Of a DNA stretch of 56,310 nucleotides, positions 47,661 through 56,310 are shown piece by piece. The stretch is from Fibrobacterales bacterium (GTDB lineage Bacteria; Fibrobacterota; Fibrobacteria; Fibrobacterales; JAOPTW01), in the NCBI GenBank assembly GCA_051532055.1, contig JAOPTX010000002.1:1-56310 (forward strand). Direction: 5' to 3'. A model generated the notes under the pieces. That model was not told where the DNA came from, ran no database searches, and saw only the letters and a list, made by a program, of their open reading frames with translations. How positions within the stretch are numbered: the first letter of the stretch is position 1; each line of letters starts with the position of its first letter. A program made the translations under genes and the position numbers.

Positions 47661-48341
47661 GTGCTTCCTGAACTTATGAATATCATCCTTCTCGTATCAG
47701 TTACCCTCGTAGCATTTTCAGTTGCGATAAATGCAGAAGGTCCCATTAAAGTAACCCTCTCCTATATTATTGCTTTTGCATTATTAATTATCTCTATCAT
47801 GACTGTAACCCTCAATTGGGAAGCTGTTGCTGGCAAATCAGCAGCAGACGATTCTAATCAACCAATTATAGAACAACTTCCCCCTGCCGAAATAGTTCCT
47901 GTTGATACTATTCCACAAGTCAAGGCAAAAGAAAAAAAGCCTGATAACAAAGAAGCTATTGACAAGTTTATGAGTAAAGGAAAGTACTGGAATGAGAAGG
48001 GAGCCTATTGGGCAAAAAAAATTAATAACTTTAGTCTTGATAACCTCTACGACATGAGCGAAGAAGAGTATGAAAAGCTTGTTTCCGAAGCAAAAAAATA
48101 TTCATCTAAAGCGACTACAGTCTACAACAATATTAAAGTACTCAAGGCCACCGACTCTTCTACAAAAGCTCTTAAAAAGAAATTAAAAGCCGCGGGTGCT
48201 CAGCTCAATTTAGCTGGTGTGAAATTAGTTAAATTTTTTAGTGCAGAAAATGAAGATGAAGAAGCAAAGCTTGAAGAAGAGTTCATTTCCTACTCGAAAA
48301 AAGCGCTCACCGGCTTTAATAGATTAGGGAATTCATTCTAA
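47661..48341 (+). CDS. Hypothetical membrane-anchored helical protein
   Basis: Two N-terminal hydrophobic segments followed by a Lys/Glu-rich helical domain. Confidence 0.65.
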   Translation: MLPELMNIILLVSVTLVAFSVAINAEGPIKVTLSYIIAFALLIISIMTVTLNWEAVAGKSAADDSNQPIIEQLPPAEIVPVDTIPQVKAKEKKPDNKEAIDKFMSKGKYWNEKGAYWAKKINNFSLDNLYDMSEEEYEKLVSEAKKYSSKATTVYNNIKVLKATDSSTKALKKKLKAAGAQLNLAGVKLVKFFSAENEDEEAKLEEEFISYSKKALTGFNRLGNSF

Positions 48342-48344
48342 AGA

Positions 48345-49898
48345 TCAATCAGGGTATTGTGTACCAATATCTAAAAACTCTTCAATATCTCTCAAAAACA
48401 ATTCTATAAGGGTCGGATCAAAATGTCGACCCTTTTCACTTTGAAGAAGTGCAATAATTCTATCAACACTCCACGCATCTTTATAAACTCTCTTATGTCC
48501 GAGAGCATCGAAGACATCTACAAGTCCTATTATTCGCCCGTAAATATGAATTTCGTCTCCGGCTAACTGGTTTGGATATCCAGTACCATCCCACTTTTCA
48601 TGATGTTCATGAGCAATGATTGCTGCTGCTTTCAACAAATCGCGATTGGATTTTTTTAATATACCAAAACCAATTTCTGCATGCGTTTTCATTACTTCAT
48701 ATTCTTCAGGGGTTAATTTACCTGGCTTTTTCAAAATATTATCAGGTATCCCAATTTTTCCTACATCATGCATAGGGGCAGCCATTTCAATCTCTTCAAC
48801 TTGTGTTTCTACAAGTTCGAGCTTCTGGGCAAGCAATCCTGCCATCTTAGACACTCGTCGCACATGGTTGGCTGTTTCACGTGAATGATTTTCTACTACT
48901 TCCCCAAGAGTAAAAATAACTTCACGTTGAGTGTCAAGAACTTCTTGATTCAACATAAAATTATCAAATGCTACCGAAACATTTATTGAAAAGACATTGA
49001 TCAACTCTTTATCAATCTCACTTAATTCTCCGAGCCCTGACACATACGCAATGTGATCGATTCCATTATGGGTATTAAAATATATGACGTAGATATTTTC
49101 AGCATAAAAACTTTTCTTTTCGACTCGTGCAATCTCTATTGCTTCGATAACTTCAGTAGGTAAATCTGAAGAATAAACGCTTTCTCCAGTACTACCAAAC
49201 TTACCGGTCGATGCTAATATAACCCGCTGATCTTTTTTACATGATACAATAAGTCCATCCACGCTCGACCCAATATGAACCTGTAGTACTCCATACAATT
49301 GTAATAGAGCACCACGAGCAAAATTGTAGATTGATTGAAATTCAAATAGGGAGGATGACGAGTTAATTATATGCTCCAATCCTTTACGGGAACGTTCAAT
49401 GATCATTAAGTCTTTAAATGTTCGAAGTGACGAAGTAATTGTTATAAAAAGATTTTGTGCAGTTAATTCTGCTTTATGTTTGTATGAGTTAATATCATAC
49501 TCCATAATAACATGCTTTTCAGGAGCTTTACCCGGTTGGCCAGTCCGTAATATAATGCGGGTAAATCTATTATGTAAGCTATCTCGAATATATTTTGTTA
49601 CTTCAAGACCGGTATCATCATTTTCCATGACAACATCAAGTAGAATGATAGCCGTATCAGGATTGTCTTCCATTAATTTCATTGCTTCTGCACCGGTATA
49701 CGCAGAAAGAAATGTTAACCCTCTTCCTTCAAACCGATAATCGTCGAGGACAAGGCGAGTAATTTTATGTACCTCATCTTCATCATCAGCAATAATAATC
49801 TTCCAATTTTTTGAATCTTGTTCAAAGACTGAATGATTACCTTCATCTGAAACGAAGAGTATCGGATCATCATTCGAAAATGACTGAGTCTCACTCAT
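48345..49898 (-). CDS. Response regulator with DUF3369-like and HD-GYP phosphodiesterase domains
   Basis: IADDE..LLDVVME receiver; HDVGKIG, HHEKWDGTGYP, DVFDAL. Confidence 0.9.
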   Translation of the reverse strand: MSETQSFSNDDPILFVSDEGNHSVFEQDSKNWKIIIADDEDEVHKITRLVLDDYRFEGRGLTFLSAYTGAEAMKLMEDNPDTAIILLDVVMENDDTGLEVTKYIRDSLHNRFTRIILRTGQPGKAPEKHVIMEYDINSYKHKAELTAQNLFITITSSLRTFKDLMIIERSRKGLEHIINSSSSLFEFQSIYNFARGALLQLYGVLQVHIGSSVDGLIVSCKKDQRVILASTGKFGSTGESVYSSDLPTEVIEAIEIARVEKKSFYAENIYVIYFNTHNGIDHIAYVSGLGELSEIDKELINVFSINVSVAFDNFMLNQEVLDTQREVIFTLGEVVENHSRETANHVRRVSKMAGLLAQKLELVETQVEEIEMAAPMHDVGKIGIPDNILKKPGKLTPEEYEVMKTHAEIGFGILKKSNRDLLKAAAIIAHEHHEKWDGTGYPNQLAGDEIHIYGRIIGLVDVFDALGHKRVYKDAWSVDRIIALLQSEKGRHFDPTLIELFLRDIEEFLDIGTQYPD

Positions 49899-50000
49899 AA
49901 AATTTATGTTCCCTGTTATTGTTATTATTAGTATATCACAGAACGGCCAAATATGCCGTTAATTATTTAAAATTTTATTATCTGAAAACAAAATATCCAA

Positions 50001-53000
50001 TTAAGTACCATCTATCGTGGCTAAACCTTTCAATTCAATGAGTAATCTATCCTGTAGAATATTAAAATCAGTAAGGAGATCCCTATATAATGTTCCTATT
50101 AGATCTTCATTATCATTGTCATTAGGTCGAAAGTCTTCTATTTCAGACGCTTTCCTGGACATTATTTCTCCACTAATGCTAAGACAAGACCCTTTGATTT
50201 TATGACCCAGTTTGTTTATCTCTTGGTGGGCATCATTCTTTATTGCTATTCCAAGCAAGCTGAGTTCTTTTGGCATTTCTTTAAGAAATATTTCAATGAG
50301 ATCTTTAAGTAATTCTTTATCTTCCATTATTCTTTTTAAAAGGAATGATTTATTGAATATTTGAATATTACCAGATATTTCGTCGTTAGTACTATCTGGA
50401 TGATGTAAATTAAATACCTCAGTACCTTGTTTATCTACCCACTGAATAAGCTTATTATTTAGATTTTGGGGTTCAACTGGTTTTGCAATATAGTCATTCA
50501 TGCCAGCATCGATGCACCGCTCCCTATCACCTTGCATTGCATTGGCAGTCATAGCTATTATTGGTATTTCTCTATTAATTACAGTAGAATCAATTGCTCT
50601 AATGGAACGAGTAGCTTCGAGTCCATCCATGATGGGCATCTGCATGTCCATAAATATTAAATCGAATGCTTGAGTCTCAAGTATTGCAACAGCTTCCTTT
50701 CCATTATTTGCAATAGTTGTTCGCGCACCAAAATGCTTTAGCATACCCTCAGCAACTTGTTGGTTAACTAGATTGTCTTCTACCAATAAAATATCATAAA
50801 ATCTTTTTTGTAATCCCAATATATGATTTTGAGTTATAATAGTGTCACACTTCTCATTAACCGTTTCAGCAGATTTACCCAATACCAACTCTAAGCATAG
50901 GTGTAAATCATGGGGTAATACAGGTTTAGTTAAATACGCACAAAACCCAAGCTCTTCATAGGACTTGGACTCTTCTTGATCTCCGATTGAAGTCATCATA
51001 ATTAGTTTTGTTCCAGATAATACTGAGTCACTTTTAATGATCATCCCCAATTCTTTACCATCCATTTCTGGCATTTGCATATCAAGAATTGCTATCATAT
51101 AAGGAGCATTAGCTTCTGCACTTTTTCTTAACTCTAGCAAGCCTTCTTGAGCATTTGGTGCTACATCACAGATAGCTCCCCATAATTCAATTTGATCTTT
51201 AACCAACATTCTGTTCGTATTATTATCATCAACAAATAATATTTTAGTATTTCTGATATCTACATATTGTGGAATCGCTGAAACATCAAGTGATTTTTGA
51301 AAGGATATTTCAAACCAAAAAACGGAACCATTTTCACAAGACGAAAATTGATCAATATCCATAACACATGGTGGACTTACCATGCCAATAACCCCATTCA
51401 TTAACCCTACTAATTGGCGTGAAATAGTTAATCCAAGGCCGGTACCACCAAATTTTCGTGTTGTTGATCCATCAGCTTGTGTAAAACTTTCAAACAGCTT
51501 TTCTTGTTGAACTACTGGTACACCAATACCAGTATCTCGTACCATAAATCTTACCGTTACTAGCTCATTAGCCATTGAGAGTTTATCAATATACAGGGCA
51601 ACCTCACCACTTTCTGTAAATTTTAATGAATTCCCACATAGGTTAGTTAAAATTTGTACTAACCTCCCTGGATCACCTATAAGATGCCTAGGAATCTCTT
51701 CATCTAAATGACAGATAAACTCAAGCTTTTTTTCTTCTGCTCTAAAAGCTTGAGCTGTTATAAAGTCTTGTAGAACATGTATAATATCAAATTCAATTTC
51801 TTCAATATCTAATTTACCAGCCTCGATTTTAGAGAAATCAAGTATATCATTTATAATCATTAGCAGTGATTGCCCGCTTGTTTTAACTGTCTCAGCATAT
51901 TTTCTTTGACTCGTAGATAGGGTCGTTTCTAGAAGTAAGGAATTCATTCCTAGCACACCATTCATTGGAGTTCGAATTTCATGACTCATAGTAGCTAAAA
52001 ACTCACTCTTTGCTTTGCTTGCTGCTTGTGCATCTTCTGCAAGTTTTTCTGCCAATCGAGTTTTCTCCTGAAGTGAGTCATTTAGATCTCGAATTTTTTT
52101 CTCTTCAGTTAAATCCATAAATACAAACACAGCACCTGTTACTGATCCGCTTCCATCTTCAATAGGGCCAGCTGAATTTGCCATAAAAAAAGTGTCACCT
52201 TTTTTATTTTCAACAATGACTTGATCCGCCAAACTAGTCACTCCTATAGAAGAAAGTACTATTTGAACAGGGTTTTGAATAAGTGCTTGTGAATATGCAT
52301 CTTTAATAGTTATCACATCAATAAATGACTGCCCAATGAGCTCTGAACTATACTTCCCAAGTAATTTTGCCCCTGAACTATTTACCCCAACTATTATACC
52401 AGATAAATCAGTAGTAATTACTGATTCACCAAGTGCATTTAAAGTGGTTCGTAAATATTTTTCACTTTGTTCAAGATTTGATTTTGAATCAGTAATACGG
52501 TGTACCATTTCATTAAATCCATCATACAAAGTACCAACCTCATCATTAGCCACTTTTGATACTGTACTTATATTATCGTTCCAATCAAGGGAGTGCATTT
52601 TGGTGACTAAATTCAAAATTGGGGAAGTAATGCCTTTCTGAAATACCGCTCCAAGTAAAGCAGCAATAAGTGTTACCACAAACATAATTAAAGAAAAAAC
52701 GATAATAGTTTGTGCAGTTTGACGCTTCAGTTCATCAGTTGATACCTTAATGAATACAGTTCCAAGATATTCCCCATCCTTTACTAATACATTATAAATA
52801 TGAAGATATTGATCATGGAAATACCAACTGTCACTTTTAACTTTTCGGGTTACAGATTCTACAGATTCTAGATGATATTCTGCAAACACAATTGAATCAG
52901 CAGTAAATATTACACATTCTGTAATATTTGGTATGTCCTTTAGTGTTTTAAGGTAATTAGTTGCTGCGTCAGAGTCATCAAAAAGTAAAGGGATCTCAGC

Positions 53001-53174
53001 ATAACTTGCTACAACGCGGGCATTTTGTTTTGATGTATTTACCAAGTTGGCTTTTAAGTTTTGAATATTAAAATATATTCCAGCACTGAACCCCAATGTT
53101 AAAGTGACTAAACTAATAGAAACTATTATTAAAACTAATTTTCTTTTAATAGATAAATCTCTATAAAGTTTCAC
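50001..53174 (-). CDS. Hybrid sensor histidine kinase (periplasmic sensor-HAMP-PAS-HisKA-HATPase-REC-REC-HPt)
   Basis: [26 protein letters not shown], two DMQMP receivers, HKIKGS; GGAGGT before GTG at 53174. Confidence 0.92.
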   Translation of the reverse strand: MKLYRDLSIKRKLVLIIVSISLVTLTLGFSAGIYFNIQNLKANLVNTSKQNARVVASYAEIPLLFDDSDAATNYLKTLKDIPNITECVIFTADSIVFAEYHLESVESVTRKVKSDSWYFHDQYLHIYNVLVKDGEYLGTVFIKVSTDELKRQTAQTIIVFSLIMFVVTLIAALLGAVFQKGITSPILNLVTKMHSLDWNDNISTVSKVANDEVGTLYDGFNEMVHRITDSKSNLEQSEKYLRTTLNALGESVITTDLSGIIVGVNSSGAKLLGKYSSELIGQSFIDVITIKDAYSQALIQNPVQIVLSSIGVTSLADQVIVENKKGDTFFMANSAGPIEDGSGSVTGAVFVFMDLTEEKKIRDLNDSLQEKTRLAEKLAEDAQAASKAKSEFLATMSHEIRTPMNGVLGMNSLLLETTLSTSQRKYAETVKTSGQSLLMIINDILDFSKIEAGKLDIEEIEFDIIHVLQDFITAQAFRAEEKKLEFICHLDEEIPRHLIGDPGRLVQILTNLCGNSLKFTESGEVALYIDKLSMANELVTVRFMVRDTGIGVPVVQQEKLFESFTQADGSTTRKFGGTGLGLTISRQLVGLMNGVIGMVSPPCVMDIDQFSSCENGSVFWFEISFQKSLDVSAIPQYVDIRNTKILFVDDNNTNRMLVKDQIELWGAICDVAPNAQEGLLELRKSAEANAPYMIAILDMQMPEMDGKELGMIIKSDSVLSGTKLIMMTSIGDQEESKSYEELGFCAYLTKPVLPHDLHLCLELVLGKSAETVNEKCDTIITQNHILGLQKRFYDILLVEDNLVNQQVAEGMLKHFGARTTIANNGKEAVAILETQAFDLIFMDMQMPIMDGLEATRSIRAIDSTVINREIPIIAMTANAMQGDRERCIDAGMNDYIAKPVEPQNLNNKLIQWVDKQGTEVFNLHHPDSTNDEISGNIQIFNKSFLLKRIMEDKELLKDLIEIFLKEMPKELSLLGIAIKNDAHQEINKLGHKIKGSCLSISGEIMSRKASEIEDFRPNDNDNEDLIGTLYRDLLTDFNILQDRLLIELKGLATIDGT

Positions 53175-53175
53175 G

Positions 53176-53742
53176 TTAATCACCTCCAATAACTTTTGCA
53201 TAATTCAAAAGGAAAGAGTTAACATGTAAATTGGCCTTCTTAAGAGAGGTTAAGTTAATTTCAAATCGTAATTTTTTAGAGTCAATAAAAAAGTTTATAT
53301 GTGAACCTTTGTCTCCAAACCCATCACTGGAACTCATTAATAGTACTGTGTAAGTTTCACAAATTTTGACTAAATCTTCTATGACCCCATTAAAGTCTTC
53401 GCTCACATAAAGAACATCAAATGATTCATCAATGTCTGTAATTGAGATATTAACAACCTCAATATTTTTCTTTTGAACCTTTTTTTTAGAATAATATTTT
53501 GACATCAATTCATAGACAGCATAATCATCTAAAATACCAATTTTAAGCGATTTTTTAAGATTATTGTGGGACTGTTTATTCCATTTAATGAGACCAATTA
53601 TTTTTGATGTAAAAGCAATTTTTAGGTTTTGCTCCTTCGAACCTTTTGCATAAAGAGGTGTTGAGGCAAAAATAAGACAAAAGATTAGCAAGTAATAAAC
53701 GTTATTACGAAAAGGAAACAATGTATTAATTGATATTCTCAA
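53176..53742 (-). CDS. YfiR/HmsC-family periplasmic protein
   Basis: [30 protein letters not shown]. Confidence 0.8.
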   Translation of the reverse strand: MRISINTLFPFRNNVYYLLIFCLIFASTPLYAKGSKEQNLKIAFTSKIIGLIKWNKQSHNNLKKSLKIGILDDYAVYELMSKYYSKKKVQKKNIEVVNISITDIDESFDVLYVSEDFNGVIEDLVKICETYTVLLMSSSDGFGDKGSHINFFIDSKKLRFEINLTSLKKANLHVNSFLLNYAKVIGGD

Positions 53743-53930
53743 CGCTTTTCCACTACTTAGCTAAATAATCCGTAAAATAATGGTACTACTATTGCTACAG
53801 AAGTCAATAAAAAAAGTTCTTACAAGCAATTATGGAATTTAGCATCAAAAAAGTAAAACTATAGTTTTCCCATTGCTTTTTAAATTTATCAATACGATAC
53901 TATTATATGCTCGTAACGTACAGGTAGACC

Positions 53931-56310
53931 ATGTCTGGGAATTCATATAAAAACTTTTATATACTCATATGTATAGCACTTGTAACATTTGGTAATACTA
54001 GTGAATATGATTATGACGAACTTCATAACCTAACATTTGAAGAACTTTTGGATATTGAAATACAGACAGGTTCTTTTCTAGAACTTGACCTTATTAATTC
54101 TCCTTTTAGTCTTACCATAATAAACAAAAAACAAGTCTACACTTCTGGTGCTCGACATTTAACAGAGTTATTAGAAATTTATGTTCCTGGTTTCCAATAC
54201 ATGTACAATCGTTGGAATGGAGAGATTTGGGGCATGCGTGGTATAGCTGCAGATAGAAATACGAAATTTATTTACCTCGTCAATGGCCACAAAATGAATA
54301 CACAAGCACGAGATGGGGCTACTTCTGAATTGAATATTGGCCTACTTAATGATATTGAACGAGTAGAAGTACTTCGGGGTCCAGCAGGTCTTGTATATGG
54401 TTCTGGAGCTCTTGCCGGGATAATAAATGTTGTCACCAAGAAATATTCCGGTAAGAATATTAATCAAGGAGTAGTAACATTAGGAACATGGGACTTTAAC
54501 GGAGGTACCACTCAAGTTGAAGCTATGGTAGCACAGAAGATAGGAAAAGAAAATAATATTACCCTCCAATTGGGGTATAAGAAATCAGATGGTACTCCAG
54601 CAGAATCTACCCCAATATGGGGAAAACCACATTGGCCCTATCCATTTTGGACTGGCTACCAAGAGGATTATATGCCCTCTGCAGGCTGTGGATGGTGTAC
54701 ACCAGGAAACTGGAAATTAGACTTTCTTTGGGAATATAAAAACCTGGAAATAGAAGCACGTTACACACATCAAGTAACCAATTCAGGTGCATTGTTTATT
54801 CTTGATCCATGGCCCGAAGATGAAAACAACCAAGATACTACGTTAAGTTCTCGTTGGGTTAAAGGTTCTCAAGAAGAGGCATGGACTGTAAATGACGAAG
54901 GTAGCCTAGAACATACATGGTGGGGAAACATAGATACCTATAATAATAATAGAAGACAATATCAACATGACAACATTATGGTTAATGCTTTGTATAAAAT
55001 TCCCATAGGAGATAATTCCTTGAAATTAAATGCAAGCTTTGATGGTAACACTAACAGAATAAATCTTGAAAAGCGTGCCGGGTTTGAATCTTTTTATGCT
55101 ACAGAACGAGAAGACTATATCGAGGAAACTTTTGGAGAAAAGCGTTATACAATGGGGGCTCAATACTTAATTAACTCCATTGAAAATTTAAATATGGCTG
55201 CAGGATATGAATTTCGTTATGATGTTATTGGTGGAGACCTTTCTGGAAATAACCAAATAGGTAGGAACACAAAAAGGCAGATTGTGTCAAATGTAAACTA
55301 TTCAAATAATTCATTGTATTTTGAGGGTTTTTATTCAATAAACGATTTTATTGCAATGCATTTGGGAGTTCGGTACGATTTACATACTCGTACACAAAAT
55401 GACGGCGGTATTGTCAGCCCTAAGTCAGCAATAATATTTAAACCAAATAAAGAGCATGCAATAAAATTGATTTACCAATCCTCTTCGAATAACGGAACAG
55501 CTGATAGTTACGAGTATAATAAAAACCACTTTACCGAAACCGGAGAAACATACGATTATTACCATTTTCTTGAACCAACAGATATTCCTGGAGATAGAAC
55601 AGATATTGTACCTGGTTGGACTCTAGACCAACTTCATGCACAAAAACCAGAGAAGATACACTCGTTGGAACTTAACTCAGTACACCACATAAGTAACATA
55701 ACAATTAACCCTTCTGTATCAGTGAATCGTGTAGAAAACCTATTTGTATGGGATCAAAGTTCGTTCATTGCTCTTAACGCAGATACGTATCATTTTATGA
55801 ATATAGATGTTGATGCTCATTTTACAATTAAAGGTTTAACTATTGGAGGCAATCATACCATACAACGACCAATTGCAATGGACTTAGACGATTATAACAC
55901 AATAAGTAAGACAAGATACCATTGGAGTAGATATGATAGCATTACAACAGGTCCAGAAACAATGTATATACCGATTGAAATTACCGATGATATGTATGCA
56001 AATGATTCAAGTGTTATCAATGCAAACTTTCCACAGGATACAAGTAACTTATTGAAAAAACAAATTTCAGCTGATGGTGAAAATTTTCTTAATCTCTCAA
56101 CTCAAATTACCAAGTTATATTTTGATCTCACCCTAGTAGAAGGTTTAAGTTTCCATAGTGACATGCGAATTTTTTGGGGCTTACCTGGAAGAAAAGTATA
56201 TATGGACAAAGAACCAGAATATGAGTATCACTCCTTAGACAGCGACCCCATGGTTAAATTCAATGCAAGTATCCATTGGAATGTACTCAATAACTTAAGA
56301 GTCTCTATCT
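53931..56310 (+). CDS. TonB-dependent receptor (partial, runs off window; absent from ORF track)
   Basis: Own translation of the 5' part: LTFEELLDIEI..SP.SLTII..SGARHLTELL..MRG..VNG..IERVEVLRGPAGLVYGSGALAGIINVVTK plug motif. The same frame is open at the window end. Confidence 0.9.
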   Translation, partial: MSGNSYKNFYILICIALVTFGNTSEYDYDELHNLTFEELLDIEIQTGSFLELDLINSPFSLTIINKKQVYTSGARHLTELLEIYVPGFQYMYNRWNGEIWGMRGIAADRNTKFIYLVNGHKMNTQARDGATSELNIGLLNDIERVEVLRGPAGLVYGSGALAGIINVVTKKYSGKNINQGVVTLGTWDFNGGTTQVEAMVAQKIGKENNITLQLGYKKSDGTPAESTPIWGKPHWPYPFWTGYQEDYMPSAGCGWCTPGNWKLDFLWEYKNLEIEARYTHQVTNSGALFILDPWPEDENNQDTTLSSRWVKGSQEEAWTVNDEGSLEHTWWGNIDTYNNNRRQYQHDNIMVNALYKIPIGDNSLKLNASFDGNTNRINLEKRAGFESFYATEREDYIEETFGEKRYTMGAQYLINSIENLNMAAGYEFRYDVIGGDLSGNNQIGRNTKRQIVSNVNYSNNSLYFEGFYSINDFIAMHLGVRYDLHTRTQNDGGIVSPKSAIIFKPNKEHAIKLIYQSSSNNGTADSYEYNKNHFTETGETYDYYHFLEPTDIPGDRTDIVPGWTLDQLHAQKPEKIHSLELNSVHHISNITINPSVSVNRVENLFVWDQSSFIALNADTYHFMNIDVDAHFTIKGLTIGGNHTIQRPIAMDLDDYNTISKTRYHWSRYDSITTGPETMYIPIEITDDMYANDSSVINANFPQDTSNLLKKQISADGENFLNLSTQITKLYFDLTLVEGLSFHSDMRIFWGLPGRKVYMDKEPEYEYHSLDSDPMVKFNASIHWNVLNNLRVSI

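Noticed and set aside
54607..54792. 61-aa minus-strand ORF, and the other short overlapping ORFs in the track
   Set aside because: They lie inside or antisense to well-supported genes, here the TonB-dependent receptor.

Overview
AT-rich bacterial chromosomal window, most likely from a Fibrobacterota member. This is inferred from a TIGR02147-type gene, Ser-rich-linker GH5 cellulases and CotH lipoproteins. In order it contains: (1) a probable ~11.5 kb tandem island at the 3' end of tRNA-Arg(CCT), with a TIGR02147-led surface-protein operon (two CotH kinase lipoproteins, an acidic repeat lipoprotein) and a decayed HTH/nucleotidyltransferase pair; (2) PBP1A, a lipoprotein and tRNA-Arg(ACG); (3) three GH5 endoglucanases, three copies of a GGACA-N4-TGTCC palindrome and a candidate two-module structured sRNA; (4) a sucrose synthesis/turnover operon (SPS-SPP, GH32, fructokinase); (5) Moco biosynthesis genes and a sigma54-type nitrate/nitrite reduction locus with a 4Fe-4S/DmsC fused membrane subunit; (6) housekeeping genes (phosphohexomutase, dapA, NamZ-like, ssb), an orphan flagellin/fliS pair and a second candidate sRNA; (7) a YfiR/hybrid kinase/HD-GYP module facing away from a TonB-dependent receptor that runs off the window end. 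All calls are by eye from motifs. No database search or folding program was run.
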